Sequence record: ON529853.1
DNA length: 64,000 nucleotides
Strand: one strand, 5' to 3'
Below, one piece after another: positions 35,713-44,384 of this stretch. Under the pieces are notes generated by a model. The model ran no database searches. It saw only the letters and a program-made list of their open reading frames with translations, and was not told the origin of the DNA. The position numbers and the translations under genes were made by a program. Positions within the stretch are counted from its first letter, which is position 1; the number at the start of each line of letters is the position of its first letter.

Positions 35713-36000
35713 TCAGCGGGCCTCTGGGATCAGCGGGACGCCGTTCAGGACCGCGTCGAACTGTTCGATCAGGTCGTAGGTGGATTTCATCTCGCCGTCG
35801 ATCTCGACCTCGTCCAGGTTCCAGTCCGTGGCGATGCTGGCGAGTTGCCGGGCGACCCGGACCGCTTCGAGCGCGGCGAGCAGGCGCTGATAGTCGGGGT
35901 CTTCCAGGATCAGGTCCTGGTCGTCCGGGTGGACGCCGATCAGGCGGGTGCGGATATAGCTGGCGAGGATGTCGGCTTGGGTCGGGGGTGCTGAGGTCAT
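35713..36000 (-). CDS. hypothetical protein
   Basis: ORF with typical codon usage. Confidence 0.65.
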   Translation of the reverse strand: MTSAPPTQADILASYIRTRLIGVHPDDQDLILEDPDYQRLLAALEAVRVARQLASIATDWNLDEVEIDGEMKSTYDLIEQFDAVLNGVPLIPEAR

Positions 36001-36019
36001 GCCTTTATGTGTCAGGCAT

Positions 36020-36190
36020 CTTGACCGGGGTCAAGGGGATCGCCGCCCGCCCCGGTGCAACGGAGCGGGCGCGCAGCCTGGTCAAACAGCAAACCCCAGG
36101 CGGGCGCACCACAGGGGCGCCTCGATCTCGCGCTCACCGAAGAGCGCCACGTCCGCCGCAGTAGGAACGAGAACCTGCGCGAACGGACCT
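36020..36190 (-). ncRNA. candidate sRNA 3
   Basis: TTGACC-N17-CAATGT promoter (36221-36193); shares hairpin with sRNA 1. Confidence 0.35.
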
Positions 36191-36296
36191 GGACATTGCC
36201 GTCGATCCTGACAAAGGTCAAGGAAAATCCCCGCATGTCCACAGGCGCGTCGCCCAGGCCGGTCAAGGAAAATGCCGCCCTGCGGTGGTCCGGCCA

Positions 36297-36421
36297 GCAA
36301 AAACCCGCCGGCGAGGGACCGGCGGGTTCGGGCTCTGTTCAGGAAGCCGCGCTCGTGAAGAGCGCCACAGCCGCCTTGCCGGGGAGGTACTGAAAGGAGT
36401 CGACGGTCCCGGCGCGACTGG
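36297..36421 (-). ncRNA. candidate sRNA 1 (~120 nt) with anti-SD-like CUCCUUU/CCUCCCC motifs
   Basis: TTGACA-N17-CATACA promoter (36456-36428), terminator 36297-36329, no ORF. Confidence 0.5.
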
Positions 36422-36466
36422 ACCTTCTGTATGCCGGGGCTGGCAGTGTGTGTCAATGGGGCTGAC

Positions 36467-36562
36467 ACGAAAAGACCCGCCGGCGAACCGACGGGTCTGG
36501 ATCGATCAAGATGCTTTATCTCGAAAGCCGGAGCCCCGGACGGCACAGGATACGCGTGCCTT
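36467..36562 (-). ncRNA. candidate sRNA 2 (~95 nt)
   Basis: TTGACA-N17-CATAAG promoter (36597-36569), terminator ~36467-36500. Confidence 0.45.
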
Positions 36563-36639
36563 GTTCCCCTTATGGGGCGAACCGTGCTGGGTGTCAAGAA
36601 TCCAGGCAGCCGAGATTCCTCCCGAGGGCGGGCGCCGGG

Positions 36640-37077
36640 TCAAGAGACGGGGCGGACGGCGGTCGCGTAGTTGTCGAACGCGTCGATTCGGATGCAGAAG
36701 GAGACGATGTCCCCCGGCTTGAACCGGTTGTCCGCCTCTGCGATCCAGGCGTCCCCGTCGACAGGTCCTGTGCGGCGCACGTAGAGGCGTCCCGAGGGGT
36801 GGGTGCGTACGATCCCCCTGTAGCGGTTGTTCCTCAGCTTACGGACATCAACCGCGTGGTCGGTGCCGTCCTCGGTGACCTGGAGATCGAACGCCACGCG
36901 CTCGCCCCGATACAGAGGCGCGCAGCCGGAGCGGAATGCGGCGTCCGTGAGCATGGGGACGCGGCGGTCCCCAGCGGTGGTGTCCGTGATGATGCTATAG
37001 GCGCCATCGCGTAGGTCGAGGTAACCGTCTCTGACGTATTCCTTGCGAAAAGCGTACTCTGCGGGTGTTTCGCTCAT
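36640..37077 (-). CDS. protein with two divergent cold-shock-like OB folds
   Basis: GERVAFDLQVTEDGTDHAVDVRKL and GDIVSFCIRIDAFDNYATAVRPV. Confidence 0.55.
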   Translation of the reverse strand: MSETPAEYAFRKEYVRDGYLDLRDGAYSIITDTTAGDRRVPMLTDAAFRSGCAPLYRGERVAFDLQVTEDGTDHAVDVRKLRNNRYRGIVRTHPSGRLYVRRTGPVDGDAWIAEADNRFKPGDIVSFCIRIDAFDNYATAVRPVS

Positions 37078-37790
37078 CAGTCTTCCCTTCTCTCGGGCAC
37101 GCCGTATTCGGCCTCCGGGTATTGGTCGTGGGTGTAGTCCTCGACCGCGTCGAAGCCTTGCTCCTTGGCGATCTCCAGAGCCTCGTCAGCGCTGCTGGCG
37201 CGGATCGTCCACTGGTCGCGGCTGGTCCAGGTCACGTCGATGTCGTAGAGGCCTTCGCCTTCCGGCTCAGGTTCCGGCGTCGGGTCGGACACGGTGATCG
37301 TTATGGCGGTGGTCTCGGCCGCCTGCCCCTGGACAGTTTCCCGGATGGTGACGACGCCTTCGTCGGTCGCCGAGAGGACTTCCACCCGATGACCCCGGAG
37401 CGCGCTCAGGCGCCCTTCTTCGTGGGCCGCCGCGATGACCCGGTTGAGATAGTAGCGCGACACCCCGTCCATGAAGACCTTGAACTCGGACTCCAGCAGC
37501 ACGCGGCGGATGAAGGCTTCATCGGTCACATAGGCGCCGATGTTCGATCGCAGGAAGCGGTGGCGATAGTCCGGCAGGGACTCGGGCGCGACCGCGACCA
37601 GATCGTGCGCGACCAACTCGGTATCTTCGGCTCGCAGGGCGAACTCGACCTGGGCGAAGCGCGGCAGATCGGCCAGGCCTTGCAGGGCGCCGTCGGCGAC
37701 GCGCACCGTCCTCACGGTGGGTTCGCGCTGCGCGACGAACCAGCGGTCGTTGAACTGGAAGAGGCCTCCGCGATTAGGGCGTTCGGTCAT
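37077..37790 (-). CDS. hypothetical protein
   Basis: GGAGA RBS before MTERPNR. Confidence 0.75.
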   Translation of the reverse strand: MTERPNRGGLFQFNDRWFVAQREPTVRTVRVADGALQGLADLPRFAQVEFALRAEDTELVAHDLVAVAPESLPDYRHRFLRSNIGAYVTDEAFIRRVLLESEFKVFMDGVSRYYLNRVIAAAHEEGRLSALRGHRVEVLSATDEGVVTIRETVQGQAAETTAITITVSDPTPEPEPEGEGLYDIDVTWTSRDQWTIRASSADEALEIAKEQGFDAVEDYTHDQYPEAEYGVPERRED

Positions 37791-37860
37791 GGGGTCTCCT
37801 TGGGGATCAGATCGGCGTTGAAGTGGGCGCGGCCACGCCTGTCGGTGAAGAAACCCTCCA

Positions 37861-38067
37861 TCATGGGTAGACCTGCTTGACGTCGGCTGCTCGGTCGCCG
37901 CCCTCGCACACAGGCGCCAGACGATAGGTGACAATGTCGCCCGGCGCGAAGACCTTGTCGTCCACGCCACCCTCAACGGGAAGCCAGTCCTCGTAGCCCG
38001 ACACCTGGGTGGTCAGGAAGGCGTTCGGACCCGCACAGTGCAGGATGCCTTGAAGACGTTCGGTCAT
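37861..38067 (-). CDS. single cold-shock-like OB-fold protein
   Basis: GDIVTYRLAPVCEGGDRAADVKQV. Confidence 0.55.
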   Translation of the reverse strand: MTERLQGILHCAGPNAFLTTQVSGYEDWLPVEGGVDDKVFAPGDIVTYRLAPVCEGGDRAADVKQVYP

Positions 38068-38954
38068 CCCGCCACCGGCATGATGTCGACCGCAAACGTC
38101 TGGCCGGTCTGGTTGCGCTCCAGTCGGTAGGTCACGACGGGGCTATCGCCTTCCTCGATCTGCACCACGAAGGTGCCGGCGGTGGCGATCCAGTGCTGGT
38201 GGTTCGACTCCTGGGTCGCCACGAAGATGTCGCGACCGGAGCGGATCAGGATGCCGCGCTTGCGCGGCGACGGGTTGCTGCCGTCAGCCTGGCCGCAGGC
38301 GTCATAGGTGCTGTTCGGCAGGGGCTTCCTGGGGGCGAAGGGCCGGATGGCGGTCGCGTAGCGCTGCCCGGAATTCCCTTCGATCACCGCGTAGGAGACG
38401 CGCTCGTGCGGCCGCAGCCCGTATTCCTGCCCCGAGGTCAGCCTGATCGCGTCGCTGCCGTCCTCGGGGTAGATCACGACCCAGGCGTGCGACATGCCCG
38501 GCGTGTCCGTGGGCTCCTTCTGGGTGCCGATGATGCCGGTGAACCGCGCGGGCGCCTTCGCCGTCTCGGGCGACCCGCCGGGGACGAAGAACTCGCCGCG
38601 TTCCTGCACCTGGAACAAATAGTCGATCCGCTCGCGTTCTTCCTGGGTCACGTAGTCTGGGCCGTGCGCCCGCTGCGCGACATCCAGGGCGTCGCTGATG
38701 AAGTTGATCTCGCACTGCCTGCGGGGCGTCCCATTGTGCATACGGGCGCCGACCAGCATGCCGCTGAGTTCGGCGTCCGACGCGATGTCGAAGGGGATTG
38801 TCCGACAGAGGAACAGCGCCAACGCCAACGCGCGGTCCATCCCGAGCCGCGCGCCATGCCCCTGCGGCAAGCGACGATGATAGTCGTTGTCCACCGCCTT
38901 CTCGTATAGGAACAGGATCAGGGCGGCGTGCTGCTCGCGCGTCTTCGGGGTCAT
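38064..38954 (-). CDS. protein with two C-terminal cold-shock-like OB folds
   Basis: ERVSYAVIEGNSGQRYATAIRP and VVTYRLERNQTGQTFAVDIMPV. Confidence 0.55.
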   Translation of the reverse strand: MTPKTREQHAALILFLYEKAVDNDYHRRLPQGHGARLGMDRALALALFLCRTIPFDIASDAELSGMLVGARMHNGTPRRQCEINFISDALDVAQRAHGPDYVTQEERERIDYLFQVQERGEFFVPGGSPETAKAPARFTGIIGTQKEPTDTPGMSHAWVVIYPEDGSDAIRLTSGQEYGLRPHERVSYAVIEGNSGQRYATAIRPFAPRKPLPNSTYDACGQADGSNPSPRKRGILIRSGRDIFVATQESNHQHWIATAGTFVVQIEEGDSPVVTYRLERNQTGQTFAVDIMPVAG

Positions 38955-39052
38955 CGGGGCTCCTCTTGTCTGTCAACGAACGACGTAGCAGGCGCCGACA
39001 GGATATGCAACAGCGATTGACAGGATCGGCGGCACACGCTTATGGTCGCGTC

Positions 39053-39778
39053 ATGATCCTGACCGACCTCGCCCAGCATAACCAGAAGCGGCTGAAGAAG
39101 CACGACGTCATGTCGATCGCCCGCTCGGTGAAGAAGCACCTCTCGCGCCTGACGTCCATGGGCTACGTCGCCGGCGCCGTCGCGGCGGGCGAGCGCGGCA
39201 TCGTCACCGTCACCACGCAAGGCCGCCGCTTCGAGGTCGCGGTGCGCGAGATTTCCTGCGATGAAGAGATCGACCAGGCCAACGCGTTCAACGCGGCTCG
39301 CAAGGCCCTCGACCCAGAGAACCTGCCGCCGGTCGCCGGCCCTGCCCCCGAGGGCGTCATCCAGACGCTCGCTGCCGAAGCGCGGCACGGCTGTCCGATC
39401 AAGACCTGGGTTTCCGCACCTCCGCCTGGGGTGATCACCGGCAAGGCGTCGCGCGTCCTGGAAGCCCGGAGCACCCTGGCCGGGCTCAACATCGACGGCG
39501 AGTACGTCTATCGCAACTACGCGGTCAACTATGACGGCCGGACCTGGGACGACCTGACGCCGAGCGAGCGCCTGTCGTGGGACGACCAGGCGGCGCTGCT
39601 CGTCGGCCGCCTCGCCCGGAAGAAGGCCCCGGAGCCCGTCGCAGCGGAGCCGGTCACCGGCCGCGACCTCTACATGACGATGATCGACAACTCCGGCGTC
39701 CACTGTAACCGCTTCCCTGGCTGGGACGAACTGGACGCGGCCGCGCAGGCGGATTGGAACCGAAAGGCTCAAAACTGA
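39053..39778 (+). CDS. hypothetical protein, probably leaderless
   Basis: TTGACA 39017, GCTTAT ~39038, ATG ~8 nt later. Confidence 0.65.
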   Translation: MILTDLAQHNQKRLKKHDVMSIARSVKKHLSRLTSMGYVAGAVAAGERGIVTVTTQGRRFEVAVREISCDEEIDQANAFNAARKALDPENLPPVAGPAPEGVIQTLAAEARHGCPIKTWVSAPPPGVITGKASRVLEARSTLAGLNIDGEYVYRNYAVNYDGRTWDDLTPSERLSWDDQAALLVGRLARKKAPEPVAAEPVTGRDLYMTMIDNSGVHCNRFPGWDELDAAAQADWNRKAQN

Positions 39779-40578
39779 TGCACTGGGTCCTGCAAGAGAA
39801 CATGTTCGGCGAACTCGCCTACGCCGAGTTCTGCCGCACGCTGGGCCGGCTCGGCCTGCCCTATTCGGTCCACCGGGTCGTCCCCTTCATCGGGACCTTC
39901 CTGGACGAACCGCAGATCGACACGAACAACGCCATCTGCATGGGCTCCTACTCGATGCGCTACAAGGCCGCCGAGATGGGATGGAATCCCGGTGTGTTCG
40001 ATCTGGAGCCGTTCGACTTCCCCGTCCAGCACGCCCACTGGGGCGCCAACATGCTGAACGCGGACTCGCGCGTCCTGCCGCTGCGCGAGGTGAACCTGGG
40101 CGAGACGCGCGCCTTCATCCGCCCGAGCCACGACACCAAGGCCTTCCCGGCGAAGGTCTATGATCCGTTCGAGTTTGTGGAGTGGCAGGCCAGGGTCGAG
40201 AAGCTGGGCGACATGCCTCGGGAAATGCTGGACCGCAACACCCTGGTCCAGGTCAGTCCCGTGCGGGAAATCTATGAGGAATACCGCTTCTGGGTGATCC
40301 GGGGCGAGATCGTCTGCGCCTCGCTCTACAAGCGCGGCGACCGGGGGCTCCATGACGCCGACGTGCCGCTGGCCTACCACGAGTACGTCCGCGCCATGAT
40401 CGACATCTGGCAGCCGCACGAGGCCTTCGTGATCGACGTGGCGAACGTGCCCGACGACGGCGACGGCTGGCGCGGGATCAAGATCATCGAGATCAACACG
40501 ATCAACGCGGCGGGCTTCTACGCGGCGAACCTGCCGAAGCTGGCGATGGCGTTCGAAGACGCCTTCAACGAGGGCTGA
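39778..40578 (+). CDS. ATP-grasp domain protein (DUF4343 / R2K-type)
   Basis: FIRP..DTKAF, EYRFWV..GEIV..SLY, AFVIDVA, IIEIN.INAAGFY. Confidence 0.8.
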   Translation: MHWVLQENMFGELAYAEFCRTLGRLGLPYSVHRVVPFIGTFLDEPQIDTNNAICMGSYSMRYKAAEMGWNPGVFDLEPFDFPVQHAHWGANMLNADSRVLPLREVNLGETRAFIRPSHDTKAFPAKVYDPFEFVEWQARVEKLGDMPREMLDRNTLVQVSPVREIYEEYRFWVIRGEIVCASLYKRGDRGLHDADVPLAYHEYVRAMIDIWQPHEAFVIDVANVPDDGDGWRGIKIIEINTINAAGFYAANLPKLAMAFEDAFNEG

Positions 40579-40581
40579 CGG

Positions 40582-40758
40582 GTGTCGTTCGGCCACCGCC
40601 CGCCGATCTCTGATGATGTAATCCGACACATCCGCAGTACCGAGACGACCGACAAGACGCTGTGCGGGCGGGCCATCGGCCGGGTCTATGACGAACGCCC
40701 AGGCTCCCCCGCCACCTGCAAGAAGTGCATCCGCCTGAGAGACGCCTGTCCATGCTGA
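40582..40758 (+). CDS. small putative Zn-binding protein
   Basis: H...TLCG...TCKKC; own translation. Confidence 0.5.
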   Translation: MSFGHRPPISDDVIRHIRSTETTDKTLCGRAIGRVYDERPGSPATCKKCIRLRDACPC

Positions 40759-41108
40759 AGCTGTTCCGCCGCCGTCCTAAACCGCCGCCGGCGCCGCCCG
40801 CTTTTCAACCGCCGCCCCAGGTCGAGATCGTCGAGACCTATGACGGCTACCTGATCCGCCAGGCGGGGACGGGCCTATACGCCTGGTTCGCGAACGCTGA
40901 TGTCCCTCATTGGCATCCGCGCGACTGGCGCAATCATGATCACCCGTTCGGTTACGCCTACTCGCTCTACCGCTCCAAAGACCTCGAACTCGCCCGCACC
41001 ACCTGCGCTCAGGTCGAGGCCTACATGGGGCGTGAGGCGGAGCGGGACCATCGCACCGCCGTGGAGGCCTTCGAGCGCGCCGTCTACGCCGAGCGGGTGA
41101 TCACCTGA
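40752..41108 (+). CDS. hypothetical protein
   Basis: Operon position. Confidence 0.65.
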   Translation: MLKLFRRRPKPPPAPPAFQPPPQVEIVETYDGYLIRQAGTGLYAWFANADVPHWHPRDWRNHDHPFGYAYSLYRSKDLELARTTCAQVEAYMGREAERDHRTAVEAFERAVYAERVIT

Positions 41109-41362
41109 TGCCCGCCACCGAAACCTACATCTGCCTCACCTGCCGGAAGGACTTCACGGCCCGCACCGCCGACCGCCTGCGCGGCTGGGCGCGGTTCTGC
41201 TGCAAGTCCTGCAAGGCCAAGCAGATGAAGCCGGGCATTCGGGGCCGCCGCGTCACCCACGTCATCGTCGACGAATACGCCCTGGGCGGCTCGGTCGCCA
41301 ACGGCGCCTATCACGACTTCGACGACACCCACCCCTTCTCGGGCGACGCCCTGGAGCCGTAG
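41108..41362 (+). CDS. small zinc-finger protein
   Basis: CLTC...FCCKSC. Confidence 0.7.
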   Translation: MPATETYICLTCRKDFTARTADRLRGWARFCCKSCKAKQMKPGIRGRRVTHVIVDEYALGGSVANGAYHDFDDTHPFSGDALEP

Positions 41363-41364
41363 CG

Positions 41365-41739
41365 ATGCAGATCAAGATGAAGGGCCGCGTGGTCTATGCC
41401 GGCGGGCTTCTGGAGATTGACGGCTTCACCGTCTCCCATCCGCTGGACTCGACGCCCCTGGGTGAAATCCCCGAGACCCTGACCCTCACCGGTGAACTGG
41501 TCATGACGGAGACGCAACGCGCCCGTTTCGAGGCCTGGGCCGAGGAGATGCGGGCGAAGGAACTGGCGCGGATCAAGGCGCTGGCGGCCGCGTCGGGGCT
41601 CTCCGTGGTCTATGACACCACCGTCTTCGAGATGGCGTGGTCGCCTCAGTATGGCGCTGACGGCGCCGTGCTCGGCTGGTTCAGCAACACCACCGACGAA
41701 TACCGCGCTGGCCCTGACTATCCTGGAGACGACGCGTGA
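41365..41739 (+). CDS. hypothetical protein
   Basis: Operon position. Confidence 0.7.
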   Translation: MQIKMKGRVVYAGGLLEIDGFTVSHPLDSTPLGEIPETLTLTGELVMTETQRARFEAWAEEMRAKELARIKALAAASGLSVVYDTTVFEMAWSPQYGADGAVLGWFSNTTDEYRAGPDYPGDDA

Positions 41740-41846
41740 CCATCGCCCTCGTGATCCTCATTCCGCTGGCAGTTGCCGTCCTGCTTGAACTCATGTGCTG
41801 TGTGTCAGCGCCGAACCCTGTCCTCCCCGGAGACGAACGCCCGTGA
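41736..41846 (+). CDS. 36-aa single-TM peptide
   Basis: GTGA overlaps at both ends. Confidence 0.5.
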   Translation: MTIALVILIPLAVAVLLELMCCVSAPNPVLPGDERP

Positions 41847-42103
41847 CCTATCGCAAGCGCTTCGACGCCCTGACCCATGGCGACCTCTTCTATCTGGACC
41901 TGGACAGAGGTGTGATCGCGCTGTCGTATGGGATCACCACCGTTCCCGACGGTCAGGTCCAGATTCACTACGTCCTGCCCGGCGACGGGTCCGTTTACCG
42001 GCGCACGGTGACGGCGGCGCACCAGACTCTCATCCTCACCAAGCCCTCTCGCGCCGAGGTGCGGGAACTGAAGGCGTACAACGGATTGCATGCACCATGC
42101 TGA
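41843..42103 (+). CDS. small beta-barrel-like protein
   Basis: ALTHGDLFYLD; resembles next gene. Confidence 0.6.
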   Translation: MTYRKRFDALTHGDLFYLDLDRGVIALSYGITTVPDGQVQIHYVLPGDGSVYRRTVTAAHQTLILTKPSRAEVRELKAYNGLHAPC

Positions 42104-42348
42104 GCACCCCTGCATGGGTTAAGCCCTGTACCGCCCTCGCCCCTGGCGACATCTTCTTCGTCGACCTGGGGCAGGACAAGCGCGGCCGTGTCGTGTCGGC
42201 CGCGCTAGTCTTCGGCGGTGCCCTCAAGGTGGTCTATGAGGCTGAAGAGGGTGAGAAGTATCGCCTAATCATGGCGCAGGATCGTCTGGTCTGCGTGATC
42301 GCCCCAGCGCTCTGGGACGACGACTCCTACACGGCGTTCGGTCGGTGA
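42097..42348 (+). CDS. small beta-barrel-like protein
   Basis: ALAPGDIFFVD. Confidence 0.6.
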   Translation: MLSTPAWVKPCTALAPGDIFFVDLGQDKRGRVVSAALVFGGALKVVYEAEEGEKYRLIMAQDRLVCVIAPALWDDDSYTAFGR

Positions 42349-42358
42349 GGACCACCGC

Positions 42359-42862
42359 CTAGAGCGTGATGGTGATGCGGACGTTCTCCGGCGGCACGCC
42401 GAAGTGATCGGCGACCAGGTCCTTGGCCTGGTCGACCACCGCCTTCGGTTCCTGAATAGGGTCGACTTCGATCCAGATCAGGGCGTTCAGGTCGATGTCC
42501 AGATCGCCCGAGTCGAAGTATTGCACCGGGTTCTTGCCCTTGAATGGGATCAGCAGCGGGCCGTCCACCAAGGCATAGCGCTCGAAGGTGATCTTCTGCC
42601 GGCCGTCGCCATCGTCGGCGTCCACGATCTCGCCGACCTCGCCTATCAGGAAGGCGTGCTTGTGCTCGACATCGGCGGTCTCGCCCTTGTGGCTGTAGGG
42701 GCCGTGCAGGTTGCGGGCGCAGATGACCCACCCGGTCCGACGCAGGCGGCTGCGGTCGGCGCGCCAGGACTGCGTCCCGCCTTCGCGGAGAATTTGGTCG
42801 ACGCTCTTGTAGGTCAGGACGGCGACGTAGGTGTCAGGCCGCGCCAAGGCAATGTTCTCCAT
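42359..42862 (-). CDS. bacterial-type hypothetical protein, possible PUA/EVE-like fold
   Basis: GGTQSW...VICARN...HAFLIG...FERYA...KNPVQY and C-terminal AKDLVADHFGVPPENVRITI. Confidence 0.6.
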   Translation of the reverse strand: MENIALARPDTYVAVLTYKSVDQILREGGTQSWRADRSRLRRTGWVICARNLHGPYSHKGETADVEHKHAFLIGEVGEIVDADDGDGRQKITFERYALVDGPLLIPFKGKNPVQYFDSGDLDIDLNALIWIEVDPIQEPKAVVDQAKDLVADHFGVPPENVRITITL

Positions 42863-42933
42863 GAATGATGCAAACATCCATAGGACAGGCCCAACATTGC
42901 GTCAATACCACCGCCTACAATGCGGCAATGTTT

Positions 42934-43039
42934 ATCACTCCTGCGCTTCGCGCCGTCGTGCCCGGCTGCCGCCGGCCGCACCTCCGGTCACCCTATAGGA
43001 AAAGCGATCAGCCCCGGCACTCGAACGCAGTTCGAGCCG
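42934..43039 (+). repeat. Twin-hairpin element, copy D
   Basis: Near-identical to copy C. Confidence 0.85.
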
Positions 43040-43102
43040 CACGGCCTATTCGACCACCACCGTCCTCTGTCCCAGGACACAGGACACCAGGCTCGGCACG
43101 GC

Positions 43103-43405
43103 CTATTCGACTGCCTCGACCGGATCGCCTTTCCCGTTCAGGCCAGGCTCAACGTCATCCCCGTTCAGGCCCGGCACGACCGCAACGACCTCTCGGCCCG
43201 TCCGCCGGCATGTCTCCAGCAGCGTCTCTTCCAATCGACCGGCCCGGTTCCTGGACCGCCACACGATGTCGACCTGGCAGATGAAGGGCTGGTTGTTCAG
43301 GATGCGGACGGCGCGAGCGCGCGCCGAGTCCATGTCGAACGCCTCCGACAGCGGCTCCAGCCGCTTGACGAAATGATGTTCCTGGTGGCGTCGGGTCCCG
43401 ATCAT
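43103..43405 (-). CDS. hypothetical protein
   Basis: ATGA coupling. Confidence 0.5.
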   Translation of the reverse strand: MIGTRRHQEHHFVKRLEPLSEAFDMDSARARAVRILNNQPFICQVDIVWRSRNRAGRLEETLLETCRRTGREVVAVVPGLNGDDVEPGLNGKGDPVEAVE

Positions 43406-43590
43406 CGACCCATCGCCCAGACGGCAAGCAGGAAGGTGGCGGTGGCGAGGTTGATCGGATTGAAGTCGAACGGTCCGACGCCAAAGCCCACCAGGTAACC
43501 CCCGATGACCAGCACGGCGACACCGACGTCGACGCTGTAGCGGATGATGCGGTCGACATCCATCTTCATGTTGTTCTCCCTGGTGATCAT
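43402..43590 (-). CDS. small two-TM membrane protein
   Basis: Hydrophobic segments; coupled. Confidence 0.65.
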   Translation of the reverse strand: MITRENNMKMDVDRIIRYSVDVGVAVLVIGGYLVGFGVGPFDFNPINLATATFLLAVWAMGR

Positions 43591-44327
43591 TCGACGATCA
43601 GGCCGTGCTTCAAGGCTTCCTCGCGCGTCAGGTTCTGCTTCTCATCCAGGACCAACACCGACTCGGCTCTCGCCGAGGTCGGATACCGGCACTGGATCGA
43701 GATGCGGTGCCCGTGGTTGTAGGCCCAGAAGTGACCGCGCCCATACTGGGCGTCCAGCGCCGCTTGCAGGTCCGTGCGGATGTCGTTGATGTGACGGCCG
43801 TCGCGGGGCGTGTCGTTACAGATCAACCACTGCATCGGCGCCAGTGTCGCGGCGTCCAGAAGCATGCGATCGAAGTCAGTGAACTGCGACGGCTTCTTAT
43901 CCCAGTTCGGCCGGCGATCCGGGGGCCGATTGTCGGTCATGTTCCAGGGCCTCTCGGGCGCCTTGAACGGCACGGCCTCGATCCAGTAGGTCTGGAGCGA
44001 CGTGCTCCAACGTAGGCGCTGCTCCAACCCGGACGCGTCTTCCAACGCCTTCAGCCGCTCCAGGGCGGCGGCGCGGGCGAGGTCGCGTGCATCGCTCCCC
44101 GCCCGGACGGCTTCGGCGGCGAAGTCGGCGCACGCATACACGTCGGGGCCGGGGGTCAGGATCGGCTCGACGATATAGGCCTCCTGGGCGGGGTCCCAAC
44201 GCCGGCGAAACTGAGCGACGCCCGTCCGCTCCAGCGCCTTGATGCGGTCAGCGGCCGCCATCGCGGCCTGGGCCTGACCATCATCGGCGCCCTTCTGGGG
44301 ATAGTCGGCTGCGCGGTAGATGGGCAT
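43587..44327 (-). CDS. hypothetical protein
   Basis: GGAGA RBS, class-2 promoter at 44357. Confidence 0.8.
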   Translation of the reverse strand: MPIYRAADYPQKGADDGQAQAAMAAADRIKALERTGVAQFRRRWDPAQEAYIVEPILTPGPDVYACADFAAEAVRAGSDARDLARAAALERLKALEDASGLEQRLRWSTSLQTYWIEAVPFKAPERPWNMTDNRPPDRRPNWDKKPSQFTDFDRMLLDAATLAPMQWLICNDTPRDGRHINDIRTDLQAALDAQYGRGHFWAYNHGHRISIQCRYPTSARAESVLVLDEKQNLTREEALKHGLIVE

Positions 44328-44384
44328 CGGGGCGTCTCCTCTTCAGTTGAGGATCATGTAAAGGAATGATTTGAGGCTGTCAAC

